Notes: a model not told the origin generated them from the letters alone. DNA of 64,000 bases from an uncultured Candidatus Entotheonella sp. (GCA_965215335.1 CBDCDA010000002.1:32001-96000), one strand, 5' to 3'; counted from the first letter of the stretch, positions 30,206 through 40,515 are shown. Program-made: numbers and translations.

Positions 30206-30948
30206 GACACATGAAAAAAAGCCTGTATCTGCTACCCAATCTTTTTACGTCGGCCAACCTGCTGTTCGGCTTCCTCAGCATGATCGCCGCCAGCAACGGG
30301 CAGTACACGCAGGCCGCCCTGGCGATCCTGGTGGCGGTGGGGCTGGACGCGGTTGACGGCAAAGTCGCTCGCATGACCAACTCGGCCAGCGCCTTCGGTT
30401 TGGAGTATGACTCCCTGGCGGACCTGCTGTCGTTCGGCATGGCGCCGGGATGGCTGCTGTACAACTGGTTCCTTGGCTCACTGGGTCTGTTCGGCTGGCT
30501 GGCGGCGTTCCTCTTCGTCGTGTGCGGCGCCCTTCGACTGGCGCGTTTCAACGTCCAGGCGTCACACCTCCAGCGCTATGTCTTCACGGGCCTGCCAATC
30601 CCGGCGGCGGCCAGCGTCGTTGCCACGGCGACGCTGTTGGGGCACGATACCACGGGCCATTTTCACGTCCTCAATACCGACCAGCCCCTTGGCCTGGTCG
30701 TTGCCATCTACGCGCTCGCCTTCCTCATGGTGAGCAAGGTCAGGTACCGCAGCTTCAAGAAAATCCGCATCAAGCGCATCTGGTCCCTGCCCCTCGTCGT
30801 GGGCGGCACCTTCGTCCTCATCATGCTCGTCCTCATGCCGGAATTGTCGCTGTTCCTCCTGTCCCTCAGCTACGCGCTGTCCGGCCCTGTCGAAACCCTG
30901 ATTCGACGCAAGAAACCAGAAGAAGACGTCATCCCCGCGGAGCCGTAG
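30202..30948 (+). CDS. pssA: Phosphatidylserine synthase
   Basis: LLPNLFT, DAVDGKVAR..SAFGLEYDSLADLLSFG, ALRLARFN, FTGLPIP. Confidence 0.94.
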   Translation: MRHMKKSLYLLPNLFTSANLLFGFLSMIAASNGQYTQAALAILVAVGLDAVDGKVARMTNSASAFGLEYDSLADLLSFGMAPGWLLYNWFLGSLGLFGWLAAFLFVVCGALRLARFNVQASHLQRYVFTGLPIPAAASVVATATLLGHDTTGHFHVLNTDQPLGLVVAIYALAFLMVSKVRYRSFKKIRIKRIWSLPLVVGGTFVLIMLVLMPELSLFLLSLSYALSGPVETLIRRKKPEEDVIPAEP

Positions 30949-30972
30949 GAAGGTAGGTCCGAATCGGGGGAA

Positions 30973-32019
30973 TCAGGGATAGAGGGCTGGATACAGGAGG
31001 CCCGCGCTCTCCGGCAGGCCGCACATCAGGTTCATGTTCTGGATGGCCTGTCCGGCGGCGCCGCGCCCCAGGTTGTCAATGGCGGCAATGGCAATTGCCG
31101 TCCGGGTGCGGGCGTCGATCTTCACCGTCACGTCGCAGTAATTCGACCCCAGTGTCGCCTTGGTCTCCGGCAAGGCATCGTGCAGCACGCGCATGAACGG
31201 GGCATCGCCATAGTAGTTGTCGTAGAGGCCCAGCGCTTCCTCCTGGCTCAGACCGTCCGCCAAGGGAGGAGCGTAAACGGTGGCCAGAATGCCGCGTGTC
31301 ATCGGTATCAGGTGGGGCGTAAACACCACCTGCACGGGCACACCGGCAAGCCCGCTCAACTCCTGCTCGATCTCCGCCGTATGATTGTGACCCGCCACGC
31401 CGTATGCCCGAACGTTTTCGTTCATCTCGGAATAGCCGAAACCGCCGCCGCCACCACGCCCGGCGCCGGAAATTCCGGACTTGGCGTCGATGACGATGCC
31501 CGCCGGCCCGACGACACCGGCCTGCACCAGCGGCGCCACGGCAAGTAACGAAGCCGCGGGGTAACAGCCCGGATTGGCCAGCAGGCGCGTCTTGGTAATA
31601 GCGTCCCGGTGCAACTCCGGCAACCCGTACACCGCTTCGGCCAGGAACGACGGCGCCTTGTGTTCGAACTTGTACCAGGTGGGGTAGAGAGACGCATCGC
31701 GCAAACGGAAGTCGGCGGCAATATCGATAACCTTGCAACCCTGCTCAAGCAACGCCGGCACCAGGTCCATGGCCTTGCCGCTCGGCAGCGACACGAAAGC
31801 CACGTCGGATTCGCGCCCGATGCGCTCCGCCTCCACCGCAATCATTTCCTGGTCCACAAAGCGCCGCAGATTCGGGTACAGGCTGGACATGGCGCGGCCC
31901 TGTTGCGACTCGGCGGTAACATGCACGATATCCACATGTGGGTGGCTGGCCAGCAGCCGCACCGCCTCGCCGCCGCCGTAGCCCGATGCACCAATGACAC
32001 TTGCCTTGATTTTGCTCAC
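30973..32019 (-). CDS. argC: N-acetyl-gamma-glutamyl-phosphate reductase
   Basis: GASGYGG, AVYGLPE, ANPGCY, SGISGAGR, FTPHLIPMTRGI, DNLGRGAAGQA. Confidence 0.95.
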   Translation of the reverse strand: MSKIKASVIGASGYGGGEAVRLLASHPHVDIVHVTAESQQGRAMSSLYPNLRRFVDQEMIAVEAERIGRESDVAFVSLPSGKAMDLVPALLEQGCKVIDIAADFRLRDASLYPTWYKFEHKAPSFLAEAVYGLPELHRDAITKTRLLANPGCYPAASLLAVAPLVQAGVVGPAGIVIDAKSGISGAGRGGGGGFGYSEMNENVRAYGVAGHNHTAEIEQELSGLAGVPVQVVFTPHLIPMTRGILATVYAPPLADGLSQEEALGLYDNYYGDAPFMRVLHDALPETKATLGSNYCDVTVKIDARTRTAIAIAAIDNLGRGAAGQAIQNMNLMCGLPESAGLLYPALYP

Positions 32020-32239
32020 CGCATTACCCCTGCTTCCTGTACTCATCACGCAATCCGGCCGCTTCCTGTCCGTTTCGTCCAGCCGCGCCCGTCATGCTTT
32101 GGACGGCGCAGTATAACGCGGCGTCCCAGGGAGGGGCAAACGGGTTGCCGGCACCGTTGCAACTCTGGGAACGCATGGTAATTGCGTGTAGAATTAAACC
32201 TTCTGGACAGTCACCCTAATTCATATCCCGGAGATCGGT

Positions 32240-33409
32240 ATGCCTGCCACGGACACCCAAACGGTCGTGCCGCTGACCACTCTGAAGGAGGAGGAAAACC
32301 TCTTTCGCGCGGCGGTGCGCGACTTTGCAGAAGAGGCGATCACCCCCTTTGTAGCCTCCATGGATGAAAACGGGCGTCTCGAACCCACCCTGCTACCCAA
32401 GCTGTTTGACCTCGGCTTGATGGGTATCGAAATCCCGGAAGCGTACGGCGGCCCCGGCGGCACCTTTTTCATGTCGTGTCTGGCGATCGAAGAATTGTCG
32501 CGCGTCGATGCCGCGGTGGCCGTGATCGTAGACGTGCACAACACTCTCGTCACCAGTGCCCTTCTGCGCTGGGGCACCCCCGATCAACACGCCGCGTTTC
32601 TGCCCATGCTGGCAAAGCACGCCATTGCCTCCTACTCGTTGTCCGAAGCCAACGCCGGCAGCGATGCTTTCTCCCTGCAGGCCCGCGCCAGGCGCCAAGG
32701 TGATCAATACCTGCTGAACGGGCGCAAGCAGTGGACCTCGAATGCACGCGAGGCCGACCTGTTCATCATCTTTGCCAGCATTGATGCCGCCCTGGGCCAC
32801 AAGGGCATCACCGCCTTCCTGGTCGAGCGCGACACCCCCGGGCTGCAGGTCGGCAAGAGTGAACGGAAACTCGGCATCCGTGCCAGCAGCACGTGCGAGT
32901 TGCTCTTGGAGAACTGCACGGTGCCCACGGCAAACGTCCTGGGAAAGGTCGGCGAAGGCTACAAGGTGGCCATCGAAGCCCTCAACGAAGGGCGCATCGG
33001 CATCGGCGCCCAGATGGTCGGCATCGCCGCAGGCGCCCTGCAAGCCGCCATGCGCTACGCCAAGACGCGCCAGCAGTTCGGCAAGCCCATCAGCTCCTTC
33101 CAGGCCATGCGGTTTCAACTGGCCGAGATGGCGACCGAGGTCGAAGCCGCCCGGCTCATGGTTTACAACGCCGCGCGGTTGAAGGATGCCGGTGAACCCT
33201 TCCTGACGGAGGCGGCGATGACCAAGTACTATACCGCCCAGATGGCCGAGCGGGTCACCTCGAAAGCCCTGGAGGTCTTCGGCGGCATCGGCTACACCAA
33301 GGAGGCACCGGCCGAAAAGTTCTTCCGCGACGCCAAGATCGGCAAAATCTACGAAGGTACTTCGTTCATCCAGCTACAAACCATCGCCAAGCAATTGCTC
33401 GCCGATTAG
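32240..33409 (+). CDS. Acyl-CoA dehydrogenase (short/branched-chain type)
   Basis: YSLSEANAGSDA, LNGRKQWTSNA, LNEGRIGIGAQ, RQQFGKPI, KIYEGT. Confidence 0.93.
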   Translation: MPATDTQTVVPLTTLKEEENLFRAAVRDFAEEAITPFVASMDENGRLEPTLLPKLFDLGLMGIEIPEAYGGPGGTFFMSCLAIEELSRVDAAVAVIVDVHNTLVTSALLRWGTPDQHAAFLPMLAKHAIASYSLSEANAGSDAFSLQARARRQGDQYLLNGRKQWTSNAREADLFIIFASIDAALGHKGITAFLVERDTPGLQVGKSERKLGIRASSTCELLLENCTVPTANVLGKVGEGYKVAIEALNEGRIGIGAQMVGIAAGALQAAMRYAKTRQQFGKPISSFQAMRFQLAEMATEVEAARLMVYNAARLKDAGEPFLTEAAMTKYYTAQMAERVTSKALEVFGGIGYTKEAPAEKFFRDAKIGKIYEGTSFIQLQTIAKQLLAD

Positions 33410-33438
33410 GGCCAGCCTCTCGAACAACGGAGCGTTTC

Positions 33439-34617
33439 ATGGTCTTTCCCGACGAAGCCGCGTTTCAGGCATACCTGCAAGACGTCAAGGCGTTCCTGTG
33501 GCAGGAGATCGACCCCTTGGTGCCGCAGATCGAACACGATGAGTTGATCCCTTTCGAGCAACTGCGCCCGAAATTCCGCGACCACCATCTCTTCGACTGC
33601 CTGGTGCCCGAAGCCTACGGCGGCCTGGGCCTCGGCACTGTACAGTACGCCGCCGTGCTGAAGGAACTGGCCAAGATACACGGCGGCATTCGAGCTATGC
33701 TGCACGTGCACAACAGCAGCGTGCACCTGATCGAAACCGGCCGCCCGGAGCAGCAAGCGCGCTACCTGCCGGCCATGGCGACCGGCGCCCTGCTGGTCTG
33801 CTTCGGCCTCACCGAACCGGACGGCGGCTCCGGCCTGGACAGCAATTGCACGGCGGTGCGCAAGGATGACGCCTACATCCTGAACGGCCGCAAGCACCTG
33901 ATCACCAACGCGCGCGAGGCCGACCTGTTCGCCATTTTCTGCTTCACCAGCAACCCGGCCCGGAACGCCGAGCGGCAGTTCAGCGTGCTTCTGGTCGAGC
34001 GCGGCATGCCCGGCTTCACGATCACGCCCATGGCCCACACCATGGGTTGCTCCGGCGCCTCACACGATCTGCTGACGTTTGAAGACGTCGCCGTACCCGT
34101 CGAGAACGTCCTCGGCCAAGAGGGCATGGGGGCCGAGCAGATGCTCGCTTTTCTCGAAGTCAGCCGCGTCTTCATCGCCGTTGCGGCCCTTGGCACCGCC
34201 GAGCGCGCGCTGGAACTGTCGCTGGCGTGGGCCAAACGGCGCGTCACCTTCGGCAAGCCCATCGCCAACCGCCAAGCCGTGCAGAGCTATCTGGCCGAGA
34301 TGGCCACGGACATCTACGCCCTGCGCCACATGGTCCTCGATGCCCTGCACAAGTACGACGCCGGCCAGCGCATTGCCGCCGAGTCATCCATGTGCAAGCT
34401 CTTCGGTCTGGAGGCGGTCGGGCGGGTTACGGACAAAGCGCTCCTGGTGCACGGCGGACTGGGCTACCTGAAGTCCAGTCGCGTCGAAATGCTCTACCGC
34501 GATGCGCGCCTGAATTGGCTTGAGGAGGGAACCCCGACCATTCACAAACTGATCATTGCCAGGACCCTGCTGCAAGAGGAGCCTGAAACGTTCGGGCGGG
34601 GGGAGGAATTGATCTGA
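33439..34617 (+). CDS. Acyl-CoA dehydrogenase
   Basis: FGLTEPDGGSG, LNGRKHLITNA, RVTFGKPI, YRDARLNWLEEGT. Confidence 0.92.
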   Translation: MVFPDEAAFQAYLQDVKAFLWQEIDPLVPQIEHDELIPFEQLRPKFRDHHLFDCLVPEAYGGLGLGTVQYAAVLKELAKIHGGIRAMLHVHNSSVHLIETGRPEQQARYLPAMATGALLVCFGLTEPDGGSGLDSNCTAVRKDDAYILNGRKHLITNAREADLFAIFCFTSNPARNAERQFSVLLVERGMPGFTITPMAHTMGCSGASHDLLTFEDVAVPVENVLGQEGMGAEQMLAFLEVSRVFIAVAALGTAERALELSLAWAKRRVTFGKPIANRQAVQSYLAEMATDIYALRHMVLDALHKYDAGQRIAAESSMCKLFGLEAVGRVTDKALLVHGGLGYLKSSRVEMLYRDARLNWLEEGTPTIHKLIIARTLLQEEPETFGRGEELI

Positions 34618-34640
34618 AAGGCGGGGCCCGACGACGACCG

Positions 34641-34883
34641 TCAGGCTTGCGGCTCGCCGGACCGGTGGTGTGAAAAGCTCCGTATCAGGTGCACGAGAGC
34701 GAACAGGAAGGGGATACCCAGCAGCGCCAGCATGATCAGGACCTCCGGGTTCGCAAGCACGCGGAATCCGTGTTCCAACAGGCGATTGTTGCGGACGAAC
34801 AGCACGAAACCACCGCCCAGAAACAGGCACAGCAGCGCCCTGAAAATCACGCTCCAATCGAACGGCATCTTGGCCTCAGCCAT
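34641..34883 (-). CDS. Small hypothetical membrane protein (2 TM)
   Basis: 80-aa ORF with two hydrophobic helices just downstream of the minus-strand acyl-CoA dehydrogenase. Confidence 0.55.
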   Translation of the reverse strand: MAEAKMPFDWSVIFRALLCLFLGGGFVLFVRNNRLLEHGFRVLANPEVLIMLALLGIPFLFALVHLIRSFSHHRSGEPQA

Positions 34884-34913
34884 GTCCAGCCGCCCCCTTT
34901 CCATGATGCCGAT

Positions 34914-36086
34914 CTACCCCTTGGGCAGGCCCAGCACCCGCTCTCCGATGATGTTCTTCTGGATCTCCGACGTCCCCGAGTAGATCGTTCCCGCCCGGCT
35001 ACGCAGAAAATTGTATTGCCAGTTGCCCTTGATGGCGTGCTCGGAGCCTTCCATGAGCTGCGAATATGGCCCCTGAAGCGACATGCCGAGTTCCTGCATC
35101 CACTTGTCCAATTCGCTCCAGTACAACTTGTCCAATGACGCCTCCGGGCCGGGCGGCTGCCCCCGCAGGCGGCTCGTGATGCCGCGGCACAGGTTGAGCA
35201 GCATGATCTCGACGCGGATGTACGCCTGCGCCAGGTCCTGCCGTAACACCGCGTCCGCCGACAGGGTGCCGCCGTTGCGCCGTGTCTTGACGGCATAGCC
35301 GATCATGGCGTCGAGCTGTTGCTTGATGCGTACCTGAGTGGCCAGCGACGAGATGCCGCGCTCGTAAGTCAGGGTGGTCATGGCAATCCGCCAGCCCTCG
35401 TTCAGTTCGCCGATCAGGTTTTGCTTCGGCACCCGCACGTTGTCGAAAAAGGTCTCGTTGAACTCGGAATTGCCGGTGATCTGCTTCACGGGACGCACGG
35501 TAATGCCGGGGCTGTGCATATCGACCAGCAGGTAGGAAATGCCGCGGTGTTTGGGGGCGTCGGTGTCGGTGCGTACCAGCAGAATACACCAGTCGGCGTA
35601 TTGCCCCAGGCTGGTCCAGATTTTCTGGCCGTTGACCACGAAGTCATCCCCGTCGAGCACGGCCTTGGTCTGCAGCGACGCCAGGTCCGAGCCGGAATTG
35701 GGTTCCGAGAAGCCTTGGCACCAAATGTCGTCGGCGTTGAGAATTTTGGCAATGAAACGTTGCTTCTGGGCTTCGGTGCCGTACTCCATGAGGGTGGGAC
35801 CGACGATGCCGATGCCCAGCCCATTGGCGGGCTGCGGGGCGCCGGCGCGGGTCATTTCCTGCGCGTAGATGGCCTGCTGAATCAGCGTGGCGCCTTGGCC
35901 GCCGTATTCCTTGGGCCAGTTGATGCCGACCCAGCCGCCTTCGTAGAGCTTGCGCTGCCAAGCGCGTCGGAAGGCAAAATCGGCGTCCTGCTCCGACGGC
36001 GGCGGTTCTGTCGGCAGATTCGTCTCCAGCCAGGTTCGCAACGTCAGCCGGTACTGCTCGTCTTCGGGAGAAAATCGCAAGTCCAT
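34914..36086 (-). CDS. Acyl-CoA dehydrogenase, FadE-like (WCQGFSEP type)
   Basis: MDLRFSPE, WPKEYGG, WCQGFSEPNSGSDLASL, NGQKIWTS, FNETFFDNV, TLTYER, TIYSGTSEIQKNII. Confidence 0.93.
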   Translation of the reverse strand: MDLRFSPEDEQYRLTLRTWLETNLPTEPPPSEQDADFAFRRAWQRKLYEGGWVGINWPKEYGGQGATLIQQAIYAQEMTRAGAPQPANGLGIGIVGPTLMEYGTEAQKQRFIAKILNADDIWCQGFSEPNSGSDLASLQTKAVLDGDDFVVNGQKIWTSLGQYADWCILLVRTDTDAPKHRGISYLLVDMHSPGITVRPVKQITGNSEFNETFFDNVRVPKQNLIGELNEGWRIAMTTLTYERGISSLATQVRIKQQLDAMIGYAVKTRRNGGTLSADAVLRQDLAQAYIRVEIMLLNLCRGITSRLRGQPPGPEASLDKLYWSELDKWMQELGMSLQGPYSQLMEGSEHAIKGNWQYNFLRSRAGTIYSGTSEIQKNIIGERVLGLPKG

Positions 36087-36212
36087 GGGAGGATCTCCAG
36101 CACCTGAGAATAGGGCGCCAATCGTTCGCGGCCACACTCGATTTGGGCGGCACACCGTAGCACCTTTCATCGTTTCACGCAAACGACGCCGCGAAAGCGC
36201 CCTCATCCCTGG

Positions 36213-36246
36213 CCCTCCTCTAACCCCTCCCCACAGAGGGAGGGGG
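36213..36246. repeat. REP-like palindrome
   Basis: CCCTCCTCTAA followed by hairpin CCCCTCCC-N6-GGGAGGGG; related copy at 61788. Confidence 0.6.
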
Positions 36247-36370
36247 AAACTCAAACTGAGCACTACCCGCAAACCGGGGAAACGGCGCGAATCCGCCCAT
36301 ATGCGCTTGACTACCGGCAATTGTTCGGTTAAACAAACCCCGCTCCAAACCACTGACACGGGGATCTTGA

Positions 36371-38011
36371 ATGAGTGGGTCGCATACTTTTCGGGCCCGC
36401 GGCGTGTACGTCGCGTCGTCGTACATGAGCCGGGTGGGGAAATATAACGGGCGTCATCTGCAAAAGCAGACGTTCGTCGAGCTTGCCGAACAGGTGAGCG
36501 AGATATTCGACAGCAGCCCGGTGCGTCGCGAGGAAATCGAGGCGGTGGTGGTGGGTAGCCAGAATCCGTTCGCGTTCAACAACATGGACAACGTGGCGGC
36601 CAAGATTTCGGGCTTGCTGGGCATCAGCGGCGCCAAGTCGGTGCTCATCGACACGGCTTCGAGCTCCGGGGCGAGCGCCTTTGAAAACGCCTATCTGGAA
36701 GTGGCGTCAGGGCGCTACGATCACGTGCTGGCGCTGGGCATCCAGAAGATGACCGACGTGAGCACGGCGGATGCCACGCGGATCATCGCCGGGGTAATCG
36801 ACCGCGAGGAAGCGGAGTTCGGCCTCACCATGCCGGCCTGCGGCGCGCTGGTGGCGAAGAGCCTCATGCACGAGTTGAAGCTCGACGAGGAAGCCTGGAT
36901 GGGCCTGGCCGCACAATGGGCCGAGCGCGCGCACCGTTTCGCCGCCGGGCGCGAGGAGACGCATCTCAACTTTCCCCTGCCCGTCGAGACCTACATGGAC
37001 GACAGCCGCAACGGGCGCAACTGGGTGTATTACGACCCATTACGGCTGTACGATTGCTGCCCCATGTCGGACGCCGTGGCGGCGTGCATCCTGACCGCCG
37101 AGCCGCAGCCGGTGCAGGTGGTTGGCGTCGGCTCGGCCACCGACCTGCCCACCATCGCTGACCGCGGGCGCTTCGACAGCTTCCCGGCCACCGTCATGGC
37201 TTCGCGCTGTGCCTACGGCATGGCCGGCATTCTGAACATCCGCGACATGGCCGGCAAACTCTATGTCAACATGCACGACCCGTTCAGCAGCTTCGGTCCG
37301 GTCAACCTCGTGGACCTGGGATTGATCGACCGCGACGCCTGCCTGACGGCCCTTCTGGACGAGGATATCACCGGCCCGCTGGGACGCTTTCCGACCAACC
37401 TGAGCGGTGGCCTGTTGGCGCGCGGACATCCGCTTGGCGCCACCGGCATGGTGCAGGTGGTGGAGAACCATCAGATGCTGATGGACACGCCAGCCCATCA
37501 AATGGCGCTGTCTCACTCGATCGGCGGGCCGATCAACAACAACGTCGTGACGCTGCTGGAAAAGACGGAGCACTACCAGAATGCTCAGCGCGCGCCGTTC
37601 AAGCCGACCTCGCTGCCATTGCTGGCGGCGCCCAAGCCGAGGGGCATGTCCCTGGAGGCGCTGTTTGCCGAGCGCGAGCGTATCAAGGCACGATTTCACT
37701 GCGCGACGACACGCTTCAGCCGGGAGGGCGAACCCCTCAACAGCATCGTCCTGTTGCAGGCGGTTATCGGACGCCAACGGCGTGAATTTCTGATCGGCAC
37801 CGGCCCGGATGAGTACGACACCATTCGCCGCATGCACCCCGGGCAGGAAATCCGTCTCGCCAGAAACGGCGAGGGTCTTGAGGGCCTGACGCTCGACGAG
37901 GTGCCGGTACAGCGCCTGTATCGGAAGACGATGGAGGGAATTGTGGAAATCGCCGACTCGGCATGGCACCTGCTGGTCAGGCGCAGGAGCGGCGCGCTGG
38001 TCGAAAACTGA
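36371..38011 (+). CDS. Thiolase-superfamily protein (SCP2/Ltp2-like, no catalytic Cys) with C-terminal extension
   Basis: DTASSSGASA, PLRLYDCCPMSD, HDPFS, NLSGGLLARGHPLGATG, SHSIGG, then about 150 extra residues. Confidence 0.85.
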   Translation: MSGSHTFRARGVYVASSYMSRVGKYNGRHLQKQTFVELAEQVSEIFDSSPVRREEIEAVVVGSQNPFAFNNMDNVAAKISGLLGISGAKSVLIDTASSSGASAFENAYLEVASGRYDHVLALGIQKMTDVSTADATRIIAGVIDREEAEFGLTMPACGALVAKSLMHELKLDEEAWMGLAAQWAERAHRFAAGREETHLNFPLPVETYMDDSRNGRNWVYYDPLRLYDCCPMSDAVAACILTAEPQPVQVVGVGSATDLPTIADRGRFDSFPATVMASRCAYGMAGILNIRDMAGKLYVNMHDPFSSFGPVNLVDLGLIDRDACLTALLDEDITGPLGRFPTNLSGGLLARGHPLGATGMVQVVENHQMLMDTPAHQMALSHSIGGPINNNVVTLLEKTEHYQNAQRAPFKPTSLPLLAAPKPRGMSLEALFAERERIKARFHCATTRFSREGEPLNSIVLLQAVIGRQRREFLIGTGPDEYDTIRRMHPGQEIRLARNGEGLEGLTLDEVPVQRLYRKTMEGIVEIADSAWHLLVRRRSGALVEN

Positions 38012-38065
38012 GGCGCGGTGGAATGCCGGATTACACGTCGCCAATCCGACCTGCTGATCCGCCGG

Positions 38066-38809
38066 CTAACGGCCAATCGCCAGGCGCTCCGCCAGCAAGG
38101 GCGGCAGCATGGCGTCGTAAATCTTCTCTTGCGCCGCGGCAATGTCGTAGGGAAGGCGGCGAAACTCGACCGTGGCCGCCGCTTTGTCCAGAATCGCGTA
38201 CGCCGCCAGGGGATTGCCGTTGCGCGGTTGGCCGACACTGCCTGGATTGACAAGGTAGCGGCACCCCGGGTCCAATGCCACGACTCGTGATGCGGCCCCC
38301 ACCTGAACCACTCGCCCCGCGGAACTGCATTCCCAGATCATCGGCAGGTGCGTATGACCAACAAAGCAGCCGCGCACGTCAGGTCGAAGCCGTCGCAGGG
38401 TGTCAAACGCCACCTCGAAGCCCAGCGTATCGAAAAGGTATTCATCCGTGTCGCGCGGCGAGCCGTGTGCCGCCAGCCAGCCGTCGCCAAACGGCACTTG
38501 GCCGGGCAGTCCCTTCAGATACGCCACTTCCGCGGCACTGAGTTGCTGTTGCGTCCAATCCATCGCTTCTCGCGCCCAATCGTTGAAGTCGTCGTAGCGC
38601 CGCACGCCGCACGCCGCCTGATCATGGTTGCCCGCAATGACGATGGAACAGGTCTCCCGGACCAGTTGAAGGCACTCGTGCGGATTGGCGTTGTACCCGA
38701 CGATATCGCCAAGGCAGACGACGGCGTCGACTTTGGACAGTGCGTCAGCCAGCACTGCCCGGAGTGCTTCGAGATTGGCATGCAGGTCGGAGATGATCGC
38801 GTATTTCAC
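38066..38809 (-). CDS. Metallophosphoesterase (calcineurin-like)
   Basis: SDLHAN, LGDIVGY, GNHD, HGSP, GHTH, NPGSVGQPR. Confidence 0.92.
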   Translation of the reverse strand: MKYAIISDLHANLEALRAVLADALSKVDAVVCLGDIVGYNANPHECLQLVRETCSIVIAGNHDQAACGVRRYDDFNDWAREAMDWTQQQLSAAEVAYLKGLPGQVPFGDGWLAAHGSPRDTDEYLFDTLGFEVAFDTLRRLRPDVRGCFVGHTHLPMIWECSSAGRVVQVGAASRVVALDPGCRYLVNPGSVGQPRNGNPLAAYAILDKAAATVEFRRLPYDIAAAQEKIYDAMLPPLLAERLAIGR

Positions 38810-40515
38810 GGCGTCACCTTTTCCAACTCACTGGGTTCGGGTGCTGCGGGGAGCGCCGGCGCGACTTCCAGCGTGCGAAAGGTTTTCACCTGCACCTGGC
38901 CGGGCCGCGCGCCACGAAACTTGCGCACGTGCTTGACAGACGTAACCACCACTTGCACGGCTGCGGCGTCCTTGCCCTTGCTGTAGTATGCCGCCAGAGC
39001 GGCCGCGGCGCGCCGGACTTCGTCCGGCACCGCTGCATCGCCCGGTGCCTTCAGCACCACATGCGCCCCGGCATGCCCGTGCGCGTGGAACCACAGATCA
39101 TCGGGCGCCGCGACCTGACGGACAAGCGCGTCATTGCCGTGGTTGCTCTTGCCGCAGTAGAGGGTGTAACCGCCGGGCAGCGCAAACGTTCGATAGGGCT
39201 GCCCGGCGGCAGGACGGAGGCGGAGCGAAGACCGCACCGGACCCGCCGGCCGGCTGCTGCCCAGTTCCGCCCCGATCGCCTCCAGCGTGGGCCAGTCCTC
39301 GGCCTCCGCCACCTGATGAGCCAACCCTTCCAGGTACCGTTCCTCCGCCGCACATTCCTGCAGGAGCGTTTCGATCTTGCTCAGGCCGGTCTTGGTCTTG
39401 CGGTACTTCTTGAAGTACGCCTGCGCATTTTCGTTGCTGGACAGACGGGGGTCGAGCGGTATGCGGATGATTTGCTGCTGCGCACTGTAGTAATCGGTCA
39501 CCGTGGCGCACGTCGACCCGCGTGGCAGCCGTTGGGTGAGGAGCAGCGTCCCGTAACGCTGATACGGCTCATAGCTTTTCAGCTTCTCCCGGTCCCGGTC
39601 GAGATGCTCGACTTTCCTGCCGAGCTTGTGCAACCGCCGGCGCAGGGCCTTGCGCATGCCAGTACGCGCCTCTTCCAACGCGGTAGACACCAGGGCGGGC
39701 TGGGAGATGGCCGCCATGGCTGCTTGCGCATCGGACAGTGGCTCGGCACGATACCCGGCATGGCTCAACGGCAGAACGCTGACACGCTGCCGGCCATCCG
39801 GCGCCGTGCAGCGGAATAGCGCCAACGTCTGGTTGTCGTAGTCCCGCCGCAGCGCCTCCAATTGTTCCCAACACGCCCGGGTGTCGCTCGGGTGACGATG
39901 CACCAGTTCGGCAGCCAGCAGGGGCGACAGGCCAACGATGAGCCGGTTCAGGCTCGCGGCACTCCACGCATCTTGTGCCTTCAACCGGTCCAGATGGTCA
40001 ACCGTCAGGTCGGACAACAACGCCCGCTGCGGCGGCACGGCGCGCGGCGCATACGGGGTTCCTGGCAGCGCCGGGCGGCGCTGCGGCGTCGGCGCCGGCA
40101 CGTGCTTGAGCGCGTCGATGATCGCGCCCGCCGCATCCACCAACAGGACGTTGGCCTGTGATCCCTGCAACTCGTGAATCAGCCGCAATGACGACGCCTC
40201 ACCGGCCTGCTGCCAGGCGAACGTCACTACCCGCTCGTAGGGCTGCACGCTAACCGATTGCAACCGCGCGCGCCGCAGACGGGCGCGCAGCAAGGCAGCA
40301 AACCGGGGCGGGCGCGGCGGCGCTTCAAAGCGCTCCGTGTTGAGGTGCAGGCGCTGCCAGGTGGGGTGAATGGAAAGCAAAAGCCGCTGGTCACGGTGGC
40401 GCCACAATCGCAACAGGAGGTCGTCAGGGCTGAGCTGAAACACCTTCGACAGCCGCGAACCGGGCAGGCAGCGCGCCAGTTCATCCACCAAGGCTTTCAG
40501 GACGAAGATATCCAT
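38806..40515 (-). CDS. rqcH: NFACT-family ribosome quality control protein RqcH/Rqc2 (FbpA-like)
   Basis: PPRFAALLRARL, ERVV, HEL, ENAQAYFKKYRK, GKS..GND, DLWFHA...GAHV, AAYYSK; overlaps the phosphoesterase start. Confidence 0.88.
   Translation of the reverse strand: MDIFVLKALVDELARCLPGSRLSKVFQLSPDDLLLRLWRHRDQRLLLSIHPTWQRLHLNTERFEAPPRPPRFAALLRARLRRARLQSVSVQPYERVVTFAWQQAGEASSLRLIHELQGSQANVLLVDAAGAIIDALKHVPAPTPQRRPALPGTPYAPRAVPPQRALLSDLTVDHLDRLKAQDAWSAASLNRLIVGLSPLLAAELVHRHPSDTRACWEQLEALRRDYDNQTLALFRCTAPDGRQRVSVLPLSHAGYRAEPLSDAQAAMAAISQPALVSTALEEARTGMRKALRRRLHKLGRKVEHLDRDREKLKSYEPYQRYGTLLLTQRLPRGSTCATVTDYYSAQQQIIRIPLDPRLSSNENAQAYFKKYRKTKTGLSKIETLLQECAAEERYLEGLAHQVAEAEDWPTLEAIGAELGSSRPAGPVRSSLRLRPAAGQPYRTFALPGGYTLYCGKSNHGNDALVRQVAAPDDLWFHAHGHAGAHVVLKAPGDAAVPDEVRRAAAALAAYYSKGKDAAAVQVVVTSVKHVRKFRGARPGQVQVKTFRTLEVAPALPAAPEPSELEKVTP

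Noticed and set aside
36265..36310. c-di-GMP-I riboswitch-like GCAAACC...GAAA
   Set aside because: Stem too short and the GACGCAAAGC/CTAA elements are missing.
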